Source: Chitinophagaceae bacterium
GTDB lineage: Bacteria > Bacteroidota > Bacteroidia > Chitinophagales > Chitinophagaceae
Direction of reading: 5' to 3'
DNA: 64,000 bases
Assembly: GCA_047606825.1 (NCBI GenBank)
Contig: JASGDY010000131.1
Location: 3,657-67,656, forward strand
A model generated the notes under the pieces. The model searched no databases and was not told where the DNA came from. It saw only the letters and a list, made by a program, of their open reading frames with translations. The position numbers and the translations under genes were made by a program. This document shows, piece by piece, positions 20,323 to 29,954 of this stretch; positions within the stretch are counted from its first letter, which is position 1; each line of letters starts with the position of its first letter.

Positions 20323-20496
20323 AATATTTTTTTTAAAAAAATTTCCAGCCTCCCATTTTCGGAAAAAAAACTGCAAAAAAGCGAACTGATCTTCTAGCTA
20401 AAATCTAAAAGCAGTCAAACTACATGGTTTAACCCCTGATAAGGCATAAAGAATAACAAAAAAACGCCAAAAAATATAAAGCCAACAAGTATTTGC

Positions 20497-20520
20497 AAAT
20501 ATGCAACCGATTGCATATTT
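20497..20520. promoter_or_regulatory. Strongest operator copy: AAATATGCAA-CCGA-TTGCATATTT (10-bp perfect arms)
   Basis: Near-perfect palindrome containing TGCAACCGATTGCA, immediately upstream of the GH43 gene. Confidence 0.78.
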
Positions 20521-22242
20521 TTGTTTCCATTATCTTTTTCTAAACGATTCAAAACTTGCATATTGAAAAAGTCAATTCTTCTGGTATCGCTCTTCATGAT
20601 CGGACTTACTAGCAAAGCCCAATATTACCACAATCCCGTTCTCGCCGGTTTCTATCCAGACCCGTCCATCTGTAAGGCTGGCGACGATTATTATATTGTC
20701 AATTCTACTTTTTCCTACTTCCCGGGTTTACCGATTTTCCATAGTAAGGATTTGCTCAACTGGCAGTTGGAAAGCTATGCCCTCGACCGTCCCGAACAGT
20801 TGCCATTGGAAGGTGCGCCACTCTCTTCGGGCTTATTTGCCCCCACCATACGCTACCATAATGGCACATTCTATATTGTCTGTACCAATGTCTCCGGCGT
20901 AGGCAATTTTGTCGTCACCGCCAAAAACACCAAAGGCCCCTGGAGCAACCCCGTAAAATTGCCAGAGGTCAATGGCATAGACCCGTCTCTGTTTTTCGAC
21001 GGTGATTCCGCATACATCGTGTACAACAGCATACCGCCGGATGGCAAGCCGCTATATGAAGGGCACAGAACCATCCGTGTCGTACCTTTTTCCGAACAAT
21101 CCTTACAGGTTGCCGGGTCCAACAGGATTCTGGTCAACGGGGGCACGGACATCTCCCAAAAGCCGATATGGATCGAGGGGCCGCACCTGTACAAAATCAA
21201 TGGATGGTATTATCTCATGTGTGCCCAGGGAGGCACCGGCTACAATCATTCCGAGGTTGTTTTTCGCTCCAGAAGTATGGAAGAACCCTTTGTTCCCTAC
21301 CAACATAACCCGATATTGACGCAAATGTTCCTGCCCAAGGACCGGAAAAGCCCGGTTACCTCCACTGGGCATGCCGACCTTGTACAGGATAACGCGGGGA
21401 GCTGGTGGGCCGTGTTTCTCGGTTGCCGTCCCTATACAGGAGAGAATTACAATACAGGAAGGGAAACGTTTATGGCTCCCGTAAAATGGGAAAACGGATG
21501 GCCTGTCATCGACCTCAAAGGAGAAGAAGTCAAATACCGATATCCCATCAATGCCGGAAGAGAAGAAAAATGGCAAACATTCAACGGTAATTTTACGTTT
21601 CGTGACGACTTCAAGGATCGAGTGTTAAACAGCAGGTATGCCTTTCTGCGTACACCGCTGGAAAAATGGTACAGTTTAAATGACACCGAAGGAACTCTGG
21701 CATTGCAGCTGCGCCCGGCAACATGTAGCGGTCGCAGCAATCCGTCCTTTGTAGGATTCCGCCAATCACACCTCAAAGGGCATGCCGCTACGGAATTGCA
21801 GTTTACCCCCACAGCAGAAAACGAAAAAGCAGGATTGTTGGTTTTTCAAAGTGAAAACAGGTATTATTTCATATCCAAGTCAGTCAAGGACAGCAAGCCC
21901 GTACTGGAACTATGGAAAAGCAACGGAAACCCGTACAAAAAGATAAATACAGTACCTTCCGTTTTGCTTGCGTCCGTGCCGCTTCCCGACACCAATGCCG
22001 CTGTACAATTGAAAATAGAAGCCAACAACAGTGTTTATAATTTCTACTACAAGCTACAGGAACAGGATTGGAAAGCCTTGCAAAAAAATGTGGATGCCAA
22101 ATATCTCAGCACCAGTGAGGCAGGAGGTTTTGTAGGTTGCATGTACGCCATGTATGCGACATCCGAGGGCAAACCATCTACCCAAAAAGCCTATTTCAAG
22201 TATTTTGAAAATGTAAACAATGACGATGTTTATAAAAAATAA
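20521..22242 (+). CDS. GH43 beta-xylosidase/alpha-L-arabinofuranosidase with C-terminal beta-sandwich
   Basis: NPVLAGFYPDPSIC, GIDPSLFFD, WIEGPHLYK, TGHADLV, GRET, GGFVG. The true start may be TTG at ~20562 (LKKSILLV signal peptide). Confidence 0.92.
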   Translation: MFPLSFSKRFKTCILKKSILLVSLFMIGLTSKAQYYHNPVLAGFYPDPSICKAGDDYYIVNSTFSYFPGLPIFHSKDLLNWQLESYALDRPEQLPLEGAPLSSGLFAPTIRYHNGTFYIVCTNVSGVGNFVVTAKNTKGPWSNPVKLPEVNGIDPSLFFDGDSAYIVYNSIPPDGKPLYEGHRTIRVVPFSEQSLQVAGSNRILVNGGTDISQKPIWIEGPHLYKINGWYYLMCAQGGTGYNHSEVVFRSRSMEEPFVPYQHNPILTQMFLPKDRKSPVTSTGHADLVQDNAGSWWAVFLGCRPYTGENYNTGRETFMAPVKWENGWPVIDLKGEEVKYRYPINAGREEKWQTFNGNFTFRDDFKDRVLNSRYAFLRTPLEKWYSLNDTEGTLALQLRPATCSGRSNPSFVGFRQSHLKGHAATELQFTPTAENEKAGLLVFQSENRYYFISKSVKDSKPVLELWKSNGNPYKKINTVPSVLLASVPLPDTNAAVQLKIEANNSVYNFYYKLQEQDWKALQKNVDAKYLSTSEAGGFVGCMYAMYATSEGKPSTQKAYFKYFENVNNDDVYKK

Positions 22243-22474
22243 ATCCCATATAATAGCGCTCCTTGCGGGTAGTATCTTCTGTGTACATAGTATCAGAGGG
22301 CAGACAAAACAGCTTTTGTCCGAAAACGGAAATACCGCAAATTGTGATATTGCGGGAACTTCCCTCTTGCTGGAAAAGCAGGGAAACAGGCAAAATTGGT
22401 CCATGGCAAACCTTCCGGCGAAAATATCGTCATCGCAGGTACCATTGACTCCAAATACATCAAGGCATTGGTAG
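22220..22474 (+). CDS. Small ORF with signal-peptide-like N-terminus; possible truncated gene
   Basis: Fills the 22243-22516 gap in an otherwise compact operon; hydrophobic N-terminus ending IRG-Q; no family recognised. Confidence 0.35.
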   Translation: MTMFIKNKSHIIALLAGSIFCVHSIRGQTKQLLSENGNTANCDIAGTSLLLEKQGNRQNWSMANLPAKISSSQVPLTPNTSRHW

Positions 22475-22516
22475 ACGCAGAGACCCATTTAGATTAAATA
22501 AATTTACCCCAACTTT

Positions 22517-23632
22517 ATGAAAAAAGAACTTGGTTATATCCTACTGTGCAGCGCCTTAATCCTGGGAGCCTGCCGTTCCACACATAAATTTTCCGACAAA
22601 AAGCTTCCCTCGCTAGCAGCAAAATACAAAAATGATTTTCTGATAGGAACGGCATTGGATCTGCCACAGATAAACGGCGCAGATCCTGCAACCATGGAAA
22701 TTTCCAAAACACAGTTTGATGCCACCACTCCCGAGAACATCATGAAATGTGAAGAGATACACCCCGCATGGAATAAATACCTCTGGAACCATGCCGACTT
22801 ATATGTCTCCGAAGGACAAAAGAACAAACAATTTATAGTTGGCCACACGCTTATATGGCACAGTCAGTTGTCACCATTTGTACGCCAGATACAAAGCAAG
22901 GACTCTTTACTCCTGTTCATGCAGAACCATATTGCAACCGTTGCCGGAAGATATACCGGAAAGATAGGCAGCTGGGACGTCGTCAACGAAGCCCTCAATG
23001 AAGATGGCAGTTTTCGCAAATCGGTCTTCTACAACTTATTGGGTGCCGACTATATCCCTACGGCATTTCAGCTCGCCGCGAAAGCCGATCCGCATGCCCA
23101 ACTCTATTACAATGATTACAACATAGAGCAGCCTGAAAAGCGCGCAGGAGCTATTGCTCTTATCAAACTGGTTAAGGCAAACGGAGGCAGGATAGACGGC
23201 ATAGGGATACAGGGACATTGGCATGTCAACGACATTCCCTTTAAGGCCATAGAAGAAAGCATCAAGGAATTTAGTGCGTTGGGCGTAAAAGTAGCATTCA
23301 CTGAACTCGACCTAAGCGTATTGCCTAATCCGAAAAAACTGGTGGGTGCAGATGTAAACCAACATTTTGAAGGATCGAACGAGATGAATCCTTATACGCA
23401 AGGCTTGCCCGATTCCGTTGGTAAAATGCTGGCAGACCAATATGCCCAACTATTTAAATTATTTTTAAAATACAAAAAAGACATTAGCCGTGTGACTTTT
23501 TGGGGTACCAATGACAAACAATCCTGGTTGAACGATTTTCCGGTAAAAGGCAGAACAAACTATCCTCTCTTGTTCGACCGCAACAACCAACCCAAAAAAG
23601 CATTTTACAGTCTGATAAACCTCAAAAATTGA
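22517..23632 (+). CDS. xynA: GH10 endo-1,4-beta-xylanase (single domain, lipobox ILGAC)
   Basis: TPENIMK, GHTLIWHSQ, WDVVNEA, YYNDYN, GIQGHW, FTELDL, RVTFWG, RTNYPLLFD. Confidence 0.92.
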   Translation: MKKELGYILLCSALILGACRSTHKFSDKKLPSLAAKYKNDFLIGTALDLPQINGADPATMEISKTQFDATTPENIMKCEEIHPAWNKYLWNHADLYVSEGQKNKQFIVGHTLIWHSQLSPFVRQIQSKDSLLLFMQNHIATVAGRYTGKIGSWDVVNEALNEDGSFRKSVFYNLLGADYIPTAFQLAAKADPHAQLYYNDYNIEQPEKRAGAIALIKLVKANGGRIDGIGIQGHWHVNDIPFKAIEESIKEFSALGVKVAFTELDLSVLPNPKKLVGADVNQHFEGSNEMNPYTQGLPDSVGKMLADQYAQLFKLFLKYKKDISRVTFWGTNDKQSWLNDFPVKGRTNYPLLFDRNNQPKKAFYSLINLKN

Positions 23633-25122
23633 TTCTAATGAATACAGAAAACGAAAAATTGTCCATAAAGGAAAAAGTTGGTTACAGCCTGGGAGACTTT
23701 GCGGCCAATCTGGTGTTCCAGACCTTGATGACGTATCTCGCCTACTTCTACACCGACATCTACGGGCTCAAAACGGAACACGCGTCCCTGATCATTTTGA
23801 TTGTCGGGCTGGTGGCTGCCTTTGGATTCAACCCCATTATCGGCGCACTGGCGGATCGCACCAATTCCAGATGGGGAAAGTTCCGTCCCTGGATTTTGTT
23901 TACCGCACTCCCACTTGGAGCTGTGGCTATTTTTGCCTTCAGCACTCCACATTTTGACTACAAGGGAAAAGTTATCTATGCCATCGCCACCTATTCCCTG
24001 CTGTTGTTGCTGTATGCCGCCAACAACCTCCCTTATTCCGCTCTTAGCGGAGTCATTACCGGCAGTATGAAAGAAAGAAACAGCCTTTCCTCCTACCGGT
24101 TCGTAGCGGTTACGTTGGCTCAGCTATTTGTACAGGCGTTCATGCTGTCCATTATCGAAACAGCCGGAGGCGGCGACAAAGCAGTCGGCATCCAAAAAGT
24201 AATGAGCTGGCTTGCCGTCATAGGAACAGTCATGCTGTTGATAACTTTCTTTACGACAAAAGAAAGGATCATCCCCAAACCGGAACAGAAATCAAGTTTC
24301 AAGGAAGACTTGGCGGATCTGTTCCGTAACAAACCGTGGCTGATTATGCTGGCTTTGACCACATTGGTCTTTGTGACCTTGGCCATGAAGGGCGGTTCTT
24401 ATGTGTATTATTTTAAAAACTATGTCGACCCCAATGCTTTGTCTGGCTTTACCCACCCGATCACCAGCGCTTTCCAAAAAATAGGACTGAACTTCTTCGG
24501 GACGGATATTGCTTCCGCAGGATTTGGTCTTTTCAATGCGGCTGGCATCATCTGCATGATTATCGGCATTTCGTTTTCCAAACGCCTCGCCGACAAGTTT
24601 GGGAAACGGGACCTATACGGTATCGCTCTTTTCATTTCCACCTTGTTTATCATTTCCTTTTATTTCTTTTCACCCACAAATGTTGGGCTGATGTTCCTGG
24701 CACAGATATGCCACGGATTCTTTTACGGGCTCACGATTCCCGTATTGTGGGCCATGATTGCGGATGTAGCGGACTATAGTGAATGGAAAACGAACCACAG
24801 AGCCACCGCGATTATTTTTTCAGCCATGATGGTGGGCCTCAAAGCGGGACTTTCCGTGGGCAGCGCACTGGTAGCCTGGATATTGGGGCTTTTTCATTAC
24901 GTGCCCAACCAGGAGACACAGGTCGCTGCCGCCGTACAAGGCACCCGTTACCTGGTAAGTGTGTTCCCGGCCATACCGTTCCTGATCGGAGCGGCTCTTT
25001 TGCTTTTTTATGAAATAAACAAAAAGATGGAACTTCAGATCGAAGCAGATCTTAAAAAGAAAAGGGCGGTATCGGAAAGCATCCCCGAGATTGCCGTAGA
25101 GGACGCTTCATTGAGTATATAA
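23629..25122 (+). CDS. GPH-family (MFS) sugar/oligosaccharide:cation symporter
   Basis: EKVGYSLGD, IIGALADRTNSRWGKFRPWIL, WAMIADVADYSEWK; about 12 TM segments. Confidence 0.92.
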   Translation: MILMNTENEKLSIKEKVGYSLGDFAANLVFQTLMTYLAYFYTDIYGLKTEHASLIILIVGLVAAFGFNPIIGALADRTNSRWGKFRPWILFTALPLGAVAIFAFSTPHFDYKGKVIYAIATYSLLLLLYAANNLPYSALSGVITGSMKERNSLSSYRFVAVTLAQLFVQAFMLSIIETAGGGDKAVGIQKVMSWLAVIGTVMLLITFFTTKERIIPKPEQKSSFKEDLADLFRNKPWLIMLALTTLVFVTLAMKGGSYVYYFKNYVDPNALSGFTHPITSAFQKIGLNFFGTDIASAGFGLFNAAGIICMIIGISFSKRLADKFGKRDLYGIALFISTLFIISFYFFSPTNVGLMFLAQICHGFFYGLTIPVLWAMIADVADYSEWKTNHRATAIIFSAMMVGLKAGLSVGSALVAWILGLFHYVPNQETQVAAAVQGTRYLVSVFPAIPFLIGAALLLFYEINKKMELQIEADLKKKRAVSESIPEIAVEDASLSI

Positions 25123-25182
25123 AAGACAAGTATTACCCACCTGTTTTGGATATGAAAATTACTTTTTAAAAAAATCAACTAT

Positions 25183-26229
25183 ATGCCAGAAGAAAGCATC
25201 GAACATATCGATTTCCTGAAATTAAATAGAAATGCCATTGCACAGCCATTGGTCAGAGATATCTATACAGCAGACCCCTCCGCCCATGTATTCAACGGTA
25301 GGATTTACATCTACCCCTCACATGATGTGGATGCGGGGGATGCGTTTGACGATCTGGGAAGCCATTTTGCCATGGAAGACTACCATGTGATCAGTATGGA
25401 CACACCCGAAAGTGAAGCCAAAGACAACGGCGTCGCATTGCGTGTGGAAGATGTCTCCTGGGTCCAAAAACAGATGTGGGCGCCCGATGCCAACGAAAAA
25501 GACGGTAAATATTACCTCTTTTTTCCGGCGAAAAACCACGAAGGTATTTTCAAAATCGGCGTTGCCGTCAGCAACTCCCCGACCGGCCCTTTCGTACCGC
25601 AACCCGAAGCGATACAGAAAAGTTTTTCGATAGACCCAGCAGTATTCAGAGACGACGACGACAGCTACTATATGTATTTCGGAGGCATCTGGGGCGGACA
25701 GTTGCAGCGCTGGCGCGAAGGAAAATTCAATGCGGAGCAACCGGAAAGCCCTTTTGCTTTCCTTCCCGCCGACAACGAACCTGCGTTGTGTGCGAAAGTT
25801 GCCAAACTCGCGGATGATTTATTGGAATTTGCAGAAGACGCAAAGGATCTAGTTATATTGGACGAGCAGGGCAATGCGCTGTTGCAGGGCGATACGGAAA
25901 GGCGTTTCTTTGAGGCCTCCTGGATGCACAAGTACAACGGGAAATACTATTTTTCCTATTCCACGGGCGACACGCATCTGATCTGCTATGCCACCTCGGA
26001 CAGTCCTTACGGTCCGTTTACCTACCAGGGGATCATCTTAAAACCTGTCGTAGGCTGGACCACGCATCATTCCATTGTGGAATTTGAGGGAAAATGGTAC
26101 TTGTATTACCACGACTCCAGCCTTTCGGAAGGCGTTACGCATCTGCGCAGCATAAAGGTTTCCGAAATCCAATACGATGGAAACGGAAAAATAAAAACGT
26201 TGCAACCCTACCAAGATTTTAATTTTTAG
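25183..26229 (+). CDS. xynB: GH43 subfamily 1-like xylosidase/arabinosidase, cytoplasmic
   Basis: YTADPSAHVFNGRIYIYPSHD, MWAPDA, SIDPAVF, RRFFEASWMHK, GWTTHHSIVEF. Confidence 0.9.
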   Translation: MPEESIEHIDFLKLNRNAIAQPLVRDIYTADPSAHVFNGRIYIYPSHDVDAGDAFDDLGSHFAMEDYHVISMDTPESEAKDNGVALRVEDVSWVQKQMWAPDANEKDGKYYLFFPAKNHEGIFKIGVAVSNSPTGPFVPQPEAIQKSFSIDPAVFRDDDDSYYMYFGGIWGGQLQRWREGKFNAEQPESPFAFLPADNEPALCAKVAKLADDLLEFAEDAKDLVILDEQGNALLQGDTERRFFEASWMHKYNGKYYFSYSTGDTHLICYATSDSPYGPFTYQGIILKPVVGWTTHHSIVEFEGKWYLYYHDSSLSEGVTHLRSIKVSEIQYDGNGKIKTLQPYQDFNF

Positions 26230-26264
26230 TTTTCTTTGACATCGTATTAAGTCATTCAACCAAC

Positions 26265-27473
26265 TTGAATTTTATGCCAAAAATGATACAGTCCATGCGG
26301 TGGTTTGGGCCGCAGGATCCCGTAAGCCTTGCCGATATAAGGCAAACAGGTGCTACGGAAGTGGTGACAGCACTACACCATATTCCGGTGGGCGAGATAT
26401 GGACGGAGAATGCCATACAGGAAAGAAAAAATATAATCGAAGCGGCACATCTGCAATGGACGGTAGTGGAAAGCCTGCCGGTACATACCGATATCAAACT
26501 CAAAAAAGGCCGCTATCAGGAATGGATCGAAAACTATCAAACAAGCCTCCAAAACCTGGCCAGACATGGCATACGGGTGGTCACGTACAATTTCATGCCA
26601 TTGTTTGACTGGATCCGGACAGATCTCAGTTTTGCGCTTCCGCAAGGTTCCCAATCACTGTATTTCAGTAAACGGGAAGCCATCGCCTTTGGGTTGGAAG
26701 TATTGCAGCGGCAGGGAGCAGAAAAACCCTTTTACACGGAAGAAGAAAAAGAGGAAGCACTGACCTACTACCATTCATTGTCCGAAAACCAGAAACAAGC
26801 CTTATCAGACAGCATCTTACTGGGTCTGCCGGGCACGATGGGGACTTTCGGACTGGAAGAAATTCGGAACGCCTTTGACGCTTACAAAGACATAGATTCC
26901 GAACGGTACAGAACCCATTTTATCTATTTTCTGGAACAGGTGGTACCCACGGCACAGGATTGTGGCACCAAGCTGGCCATACATCCCGATGATCCGCCGT
27001 TTCCATTGTTTGGATTACCACGCGTCGTCAGCACGGCAGACGACATTCGGAAAATCGTGGAAGCGGTGGATATGGAAGCTAACGGACTCTGTTTCTGTAC
27101 AGGCTCCTTAGGCGTAAGGGAAGAAAACCATCTGGAAGATATGATACAGCGTTACGGCGACCGTATCCATTTTGCCCATTTGCGCAATATAAAAAGACTA
27201 CCGAACGGTGATTTTTATGAATCAGCTATTTTTCAAGGCAGTGTAGACATGTATGGGGTGGTAAAGACCCTTTGCGACATTATGCAAAAACGCAACGTAG
27301 CCATTCCCATGCGTCCTGACCATGGACACCAGATGTTGGATGACCTGCAAAAAAACACTTATCCCGGTTATTCTGCCATCGGCCGACTGAAGTCCCTAGC
27401 GGAACTCCGTGGCCTGGAAATGGGCATCATGGGTACATCAGTAGCAGCATCCGAAAGCGAAAACAAAATATAG
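26265..27473 (+). CDS. uxuA: Mannonate dehydratase
   Basis: MRWFGPQDPVSL, WTVVESLP, VTYNFMP, AIHPDDPP, GLCFCTGSLG, FAHLRN, PMRPDHG, PGYSAIGRL. Confidence 0.95.
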   Translation: MNFMPKMIQSMRWFGPQDPVSLADIRQTGATEVVTALHHIPVGEIWTENAIQERKNIIEAAHLQWTVVESLPVHTDIKLKKGRYQEWIENYQTSLQNLARHGIRVVTYNFMPLFDWIRTDLSFALPQGSQSLYFSKREAIAFGLEVLQRQGAEKPFYTEEEKEEALTYYHSLSENQKQALSDSILLGLPGTMGTFGLEEIRNAFDAYKDIDSERYRTHFIYFLEQVVPTAQDCGTKLAIHPDDPPFPLFGLPRVVSTADDIRKIVEAVDMEANGLCFCTGSLGVREENHLEDMIQRYGDRIHFAHLRNIKRLPNGDFYESAIFQGSVDMYGVVKTLCDIMQKRNVAIPMRPDHGHQMLDDLQKNTYPGYSAIGRLKSLAELRGLEMGIMGTSVAASESENKI

Positions 27474-27488
27474 ACAAAAGAAGGCTGT

Positions 27489-29567
27489 ATGACAAAGAAA
27501 TTATGGACATCCCTGGTATTGGCCTGTGCCATTTTCGGTATCATCCGTGCCCAGGACGGACATTCCTTATGGCTCAGTGGTATTCAAAAAGCCCACAAGG
27601 TGACAGTGGAAGGGTTTCCCAAAAACGCGGCCACATTGCAGATAGCGGCCGATGAACTCCAAAAGGGATGGCTAGGCAAGGAAAACGCAACCATAAAATT
27701 TCTGGTCAACAGCAAAAATCCACGCCTAAAAAAAGATGGATTTATCCTTCACCCCAACAGTATAGAATCTCCTTCCAATACCGGAATTCTTTACGGAGTG
27801 TACGAGTGGCTACGGCGGCAGCAATGCGGAGAAACCATTCCCTTTGGGAAAAACAACAATCCATCCTACGCCTTCCGGCTCTTGAACCATTGGGATAACC
27901 GGGACGGAAGCATAGAACGGGGATATGCTGGCAATTCCATTTTCTGGAGGTCAGGTGCTGATTCCCTGCAAGTAACCCAGACCGACATACAACGCTGGCG
28001 AGAATACGCACGTGCCAATGCCTCCATCGGTATCAACGCGGCGGTACTCAACAACGTAAACGCCTCTCCTATCCTGCTCACACAGCCCTATCTGGAACGG
28101 ATCAAAGCCATAGCCGACGTGCTTAGAGACTATGGCATGAAGGTCTATCTGTCCATCAACTTTTCCTCCCCAGTCCTCATTGGCGGACTCACCACAGCCG
28201 ACCCGTTAAACCAAGAAGTCGTGGCCTGGTGGCACAGCAAGGTCAAGGCAATCTACCAGTTTGTGCCGGATTTTGGTGGCTTTCTGGTAAAGGCCAGCAG
28301 CGAAGGACAACCGGGTCCGCAGGATTTCGGAAGAACCCATGCCGACGGTGCCAATATGCTGGCAGATGCACTCCAACCATTTGGCGGTATCGTCATGTGG
28401 CGGGCATTCGTGTATAGCTCCTCCGATAAAGACCGGGCAAAACAGGCTTATCTGGAATTCAAGCCACTGGATGGAAAATTCCGGGACAATGTCATCCTCC
28501 AGGTTAAAAACGGCCCTATCGATTTCCAGCCAAGGGAACCGTTCAGCCCCTTGTTCGGAGCCATGGAAAAAACGGATGTAATGGCAGAACTCCAAATCAC
28601 GCAGGAATATCTAGGACATGCCATCCACCTAGCATTTCTGGCACCCATGTGGGAGGAGTTTTTTAAGAGTGACACCTACCAGCAAGGAAAAGGAAGCACC
28701 GTAGCCAAGTGTACGAATGGTAGCGTTTTCCACCAAAAATACACAGCCATCGCAGGCGTTTCCAATATCGGAATGGACAAAAACTGGACAGGTCACCCAT
28801 TCGCACAAGCCAACTGGTATGCCTTCGGACGATTGGCATGGAACGATACTTTGTCAAGTGCACAGATTGCAGAGGAGTGGATCAAGCTGACATTCCCCGC
28901 CAAACCGAATGGCGGCAACACCCTTACTTGGAAACAACGTTTTCTCCAACCTGTCAAGTCGATGATGCTTGCCAGCCGCGAGGCTGTAGTAAATTACATG
29001 ATGCCACTGGGATTACACCATATATTTTCGGCCAACGACCATTACGGTCCCGGACCGTGGTGGACACCCAAAGGGGTAAGGAAAGACTGGACGCCACCAT
29101 ATTACCACCAGGCGGACAGCATGGGCATCGGCTTTGACCGAACCAAAACGGGAAGTGACGCAGTCGACCAATACCATTCCCCCCTGAATGAAATATTTGC
29201 CAATACGGCCACTTGCCCTGAAGGATACCTCTTATGGTTCCACCATCTTCCCTGGACTTACCGGTTGAAAAATGGCCAGACACTCTGGGACGGCATCTGT
29301 CAACATTACGAAGATGGGGTAAACGAAGTGGCCGCGTTCCAAAAAACATGGGAAAATGTAGCAGGCTATGTGGACAAGACAACTTTCTCCGATGTAAAAA
29401 AACGGTTACAAATGCAATATGACAATGCAGTGATATGGAAAGACGGTTGCCTCCAATACTTTCAGCAATTCAGTAAAATGCCCTTACCCAAAACAGTGGC
29501 AGCTCCCAAATACAAGCTGGCAGACCTTATAAAGGCGGATCTCAGAAAGCAAGAGAAATACAAATAG
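27489..29567 (+). CDS. aguA: GH67 alpha-glucuronidase
   Basis: LNHWDNRDGSIERGYAG, LNNVNA, GFLVKASSEGQPGP, KNGPIDFQPREP, ELQITQEYLG, YMMPLGLHH. Confidence 0.95.
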   Translation: MTKKLWTSLVLACAIFGIIRAQDGHSLWLSGIQKAHKVTVEGFPKNAATLQIAADELQKGWLGKENATIKFLVNSKNPRLKKDGFILHPNSIESPSNTGILYGVYEWLRRQQCGETIPFGKNNNPSYAFRLLNHWDNRDGSIERGYAGNSIFWRSGADSLQVTQTDIQRWREYARANASIGINAAVLNNVNASPILLTQPYLERIKAIADVLRDYGMKVYLSINFSSPVLIGGLTTADPLNQEVVAWWHSKVKAIYQFVPDFGGFLVKASSEGQPGPQDFGRTHADGANMLADALQPFGGIVMWRAFVYSSSDKDRAKQAYLEFKPLDGKFRDNVILQVKNGPIDFQPREPFSPLFGAMEKTDVMAELQITQEYLGHAIHLAFLAPMWEEFFKSDTYQQGKGSTVAKCTNGSVFHQKYTAIAGVSNIGMDKNWTGHPFAQANWYAFGRLAWNDTLSSAQIAEEWIKLTFPAKPNGGNTLTWKQRFLQPVKSMMLASREAVVNYMMPLGLHHIFSANDHYGPGPWWTPKGVRKDWTPPYYHQADSMGIGFDRTKTGSDAVDQYHSPLNEIFANTATCPEGYLLWFHHLPWTYRLKNGQTLWDGICQHYEDGVNEVAAFQKTWENVAGYVDKTTFSDVKKRLQMQYDNAVIWKDGCLQYFQQFSKMPLPKTVAAPKYKLADLIKADLRKQEKYK

Positions 29568-29605
29568 CCCGAGGGCAGTCCACCCCTCCTATACAGACAT
29601 ATTTA

Positions 29606-29868
29606 ACGTGAGTTCGGGATAAGAAAAAGTCATCATAATTTGATTTTAAATAAGTTATGTTCTTTTGCCTTGATGCAAAAGAACCAAAAAATCAAGACGG
29701 TATTGAATTAACTAAAAATCAACGCATAAGTCGGAAACAAAAGAAACTCACTACGCTTCGCTACGTTCAGACAACTTTTATTTCTATCGACTTATTTCAT
29801 TGATTTTCTTAACGTTAATTCAATAAGGTCAATTCCAAAATACATACTACCTTATCCCAAACTCACGT
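29606..29868. mobile_element. 263-bp MITE-like element with 18-bp TIRs (1 mismatch) and 6-bp TATTTA direct repeats
   Basis: Left TIR ACGTGAGTTCGGGATAAG (29606-29623); right CTTATCCCAAACTCACGT (29851-29868); TATTTA at 29600-29605 and 29869-29874; no ORF inside. Confidence 0.8.
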
Positions 29869-29954
29869 TATTTAATATCCAGACAAAAGACAACCAAAAT
29901 CAACCATTAAAAGGAACATTTACCGACGTGCCCTGCTTTTTTATAAAACCAAGC

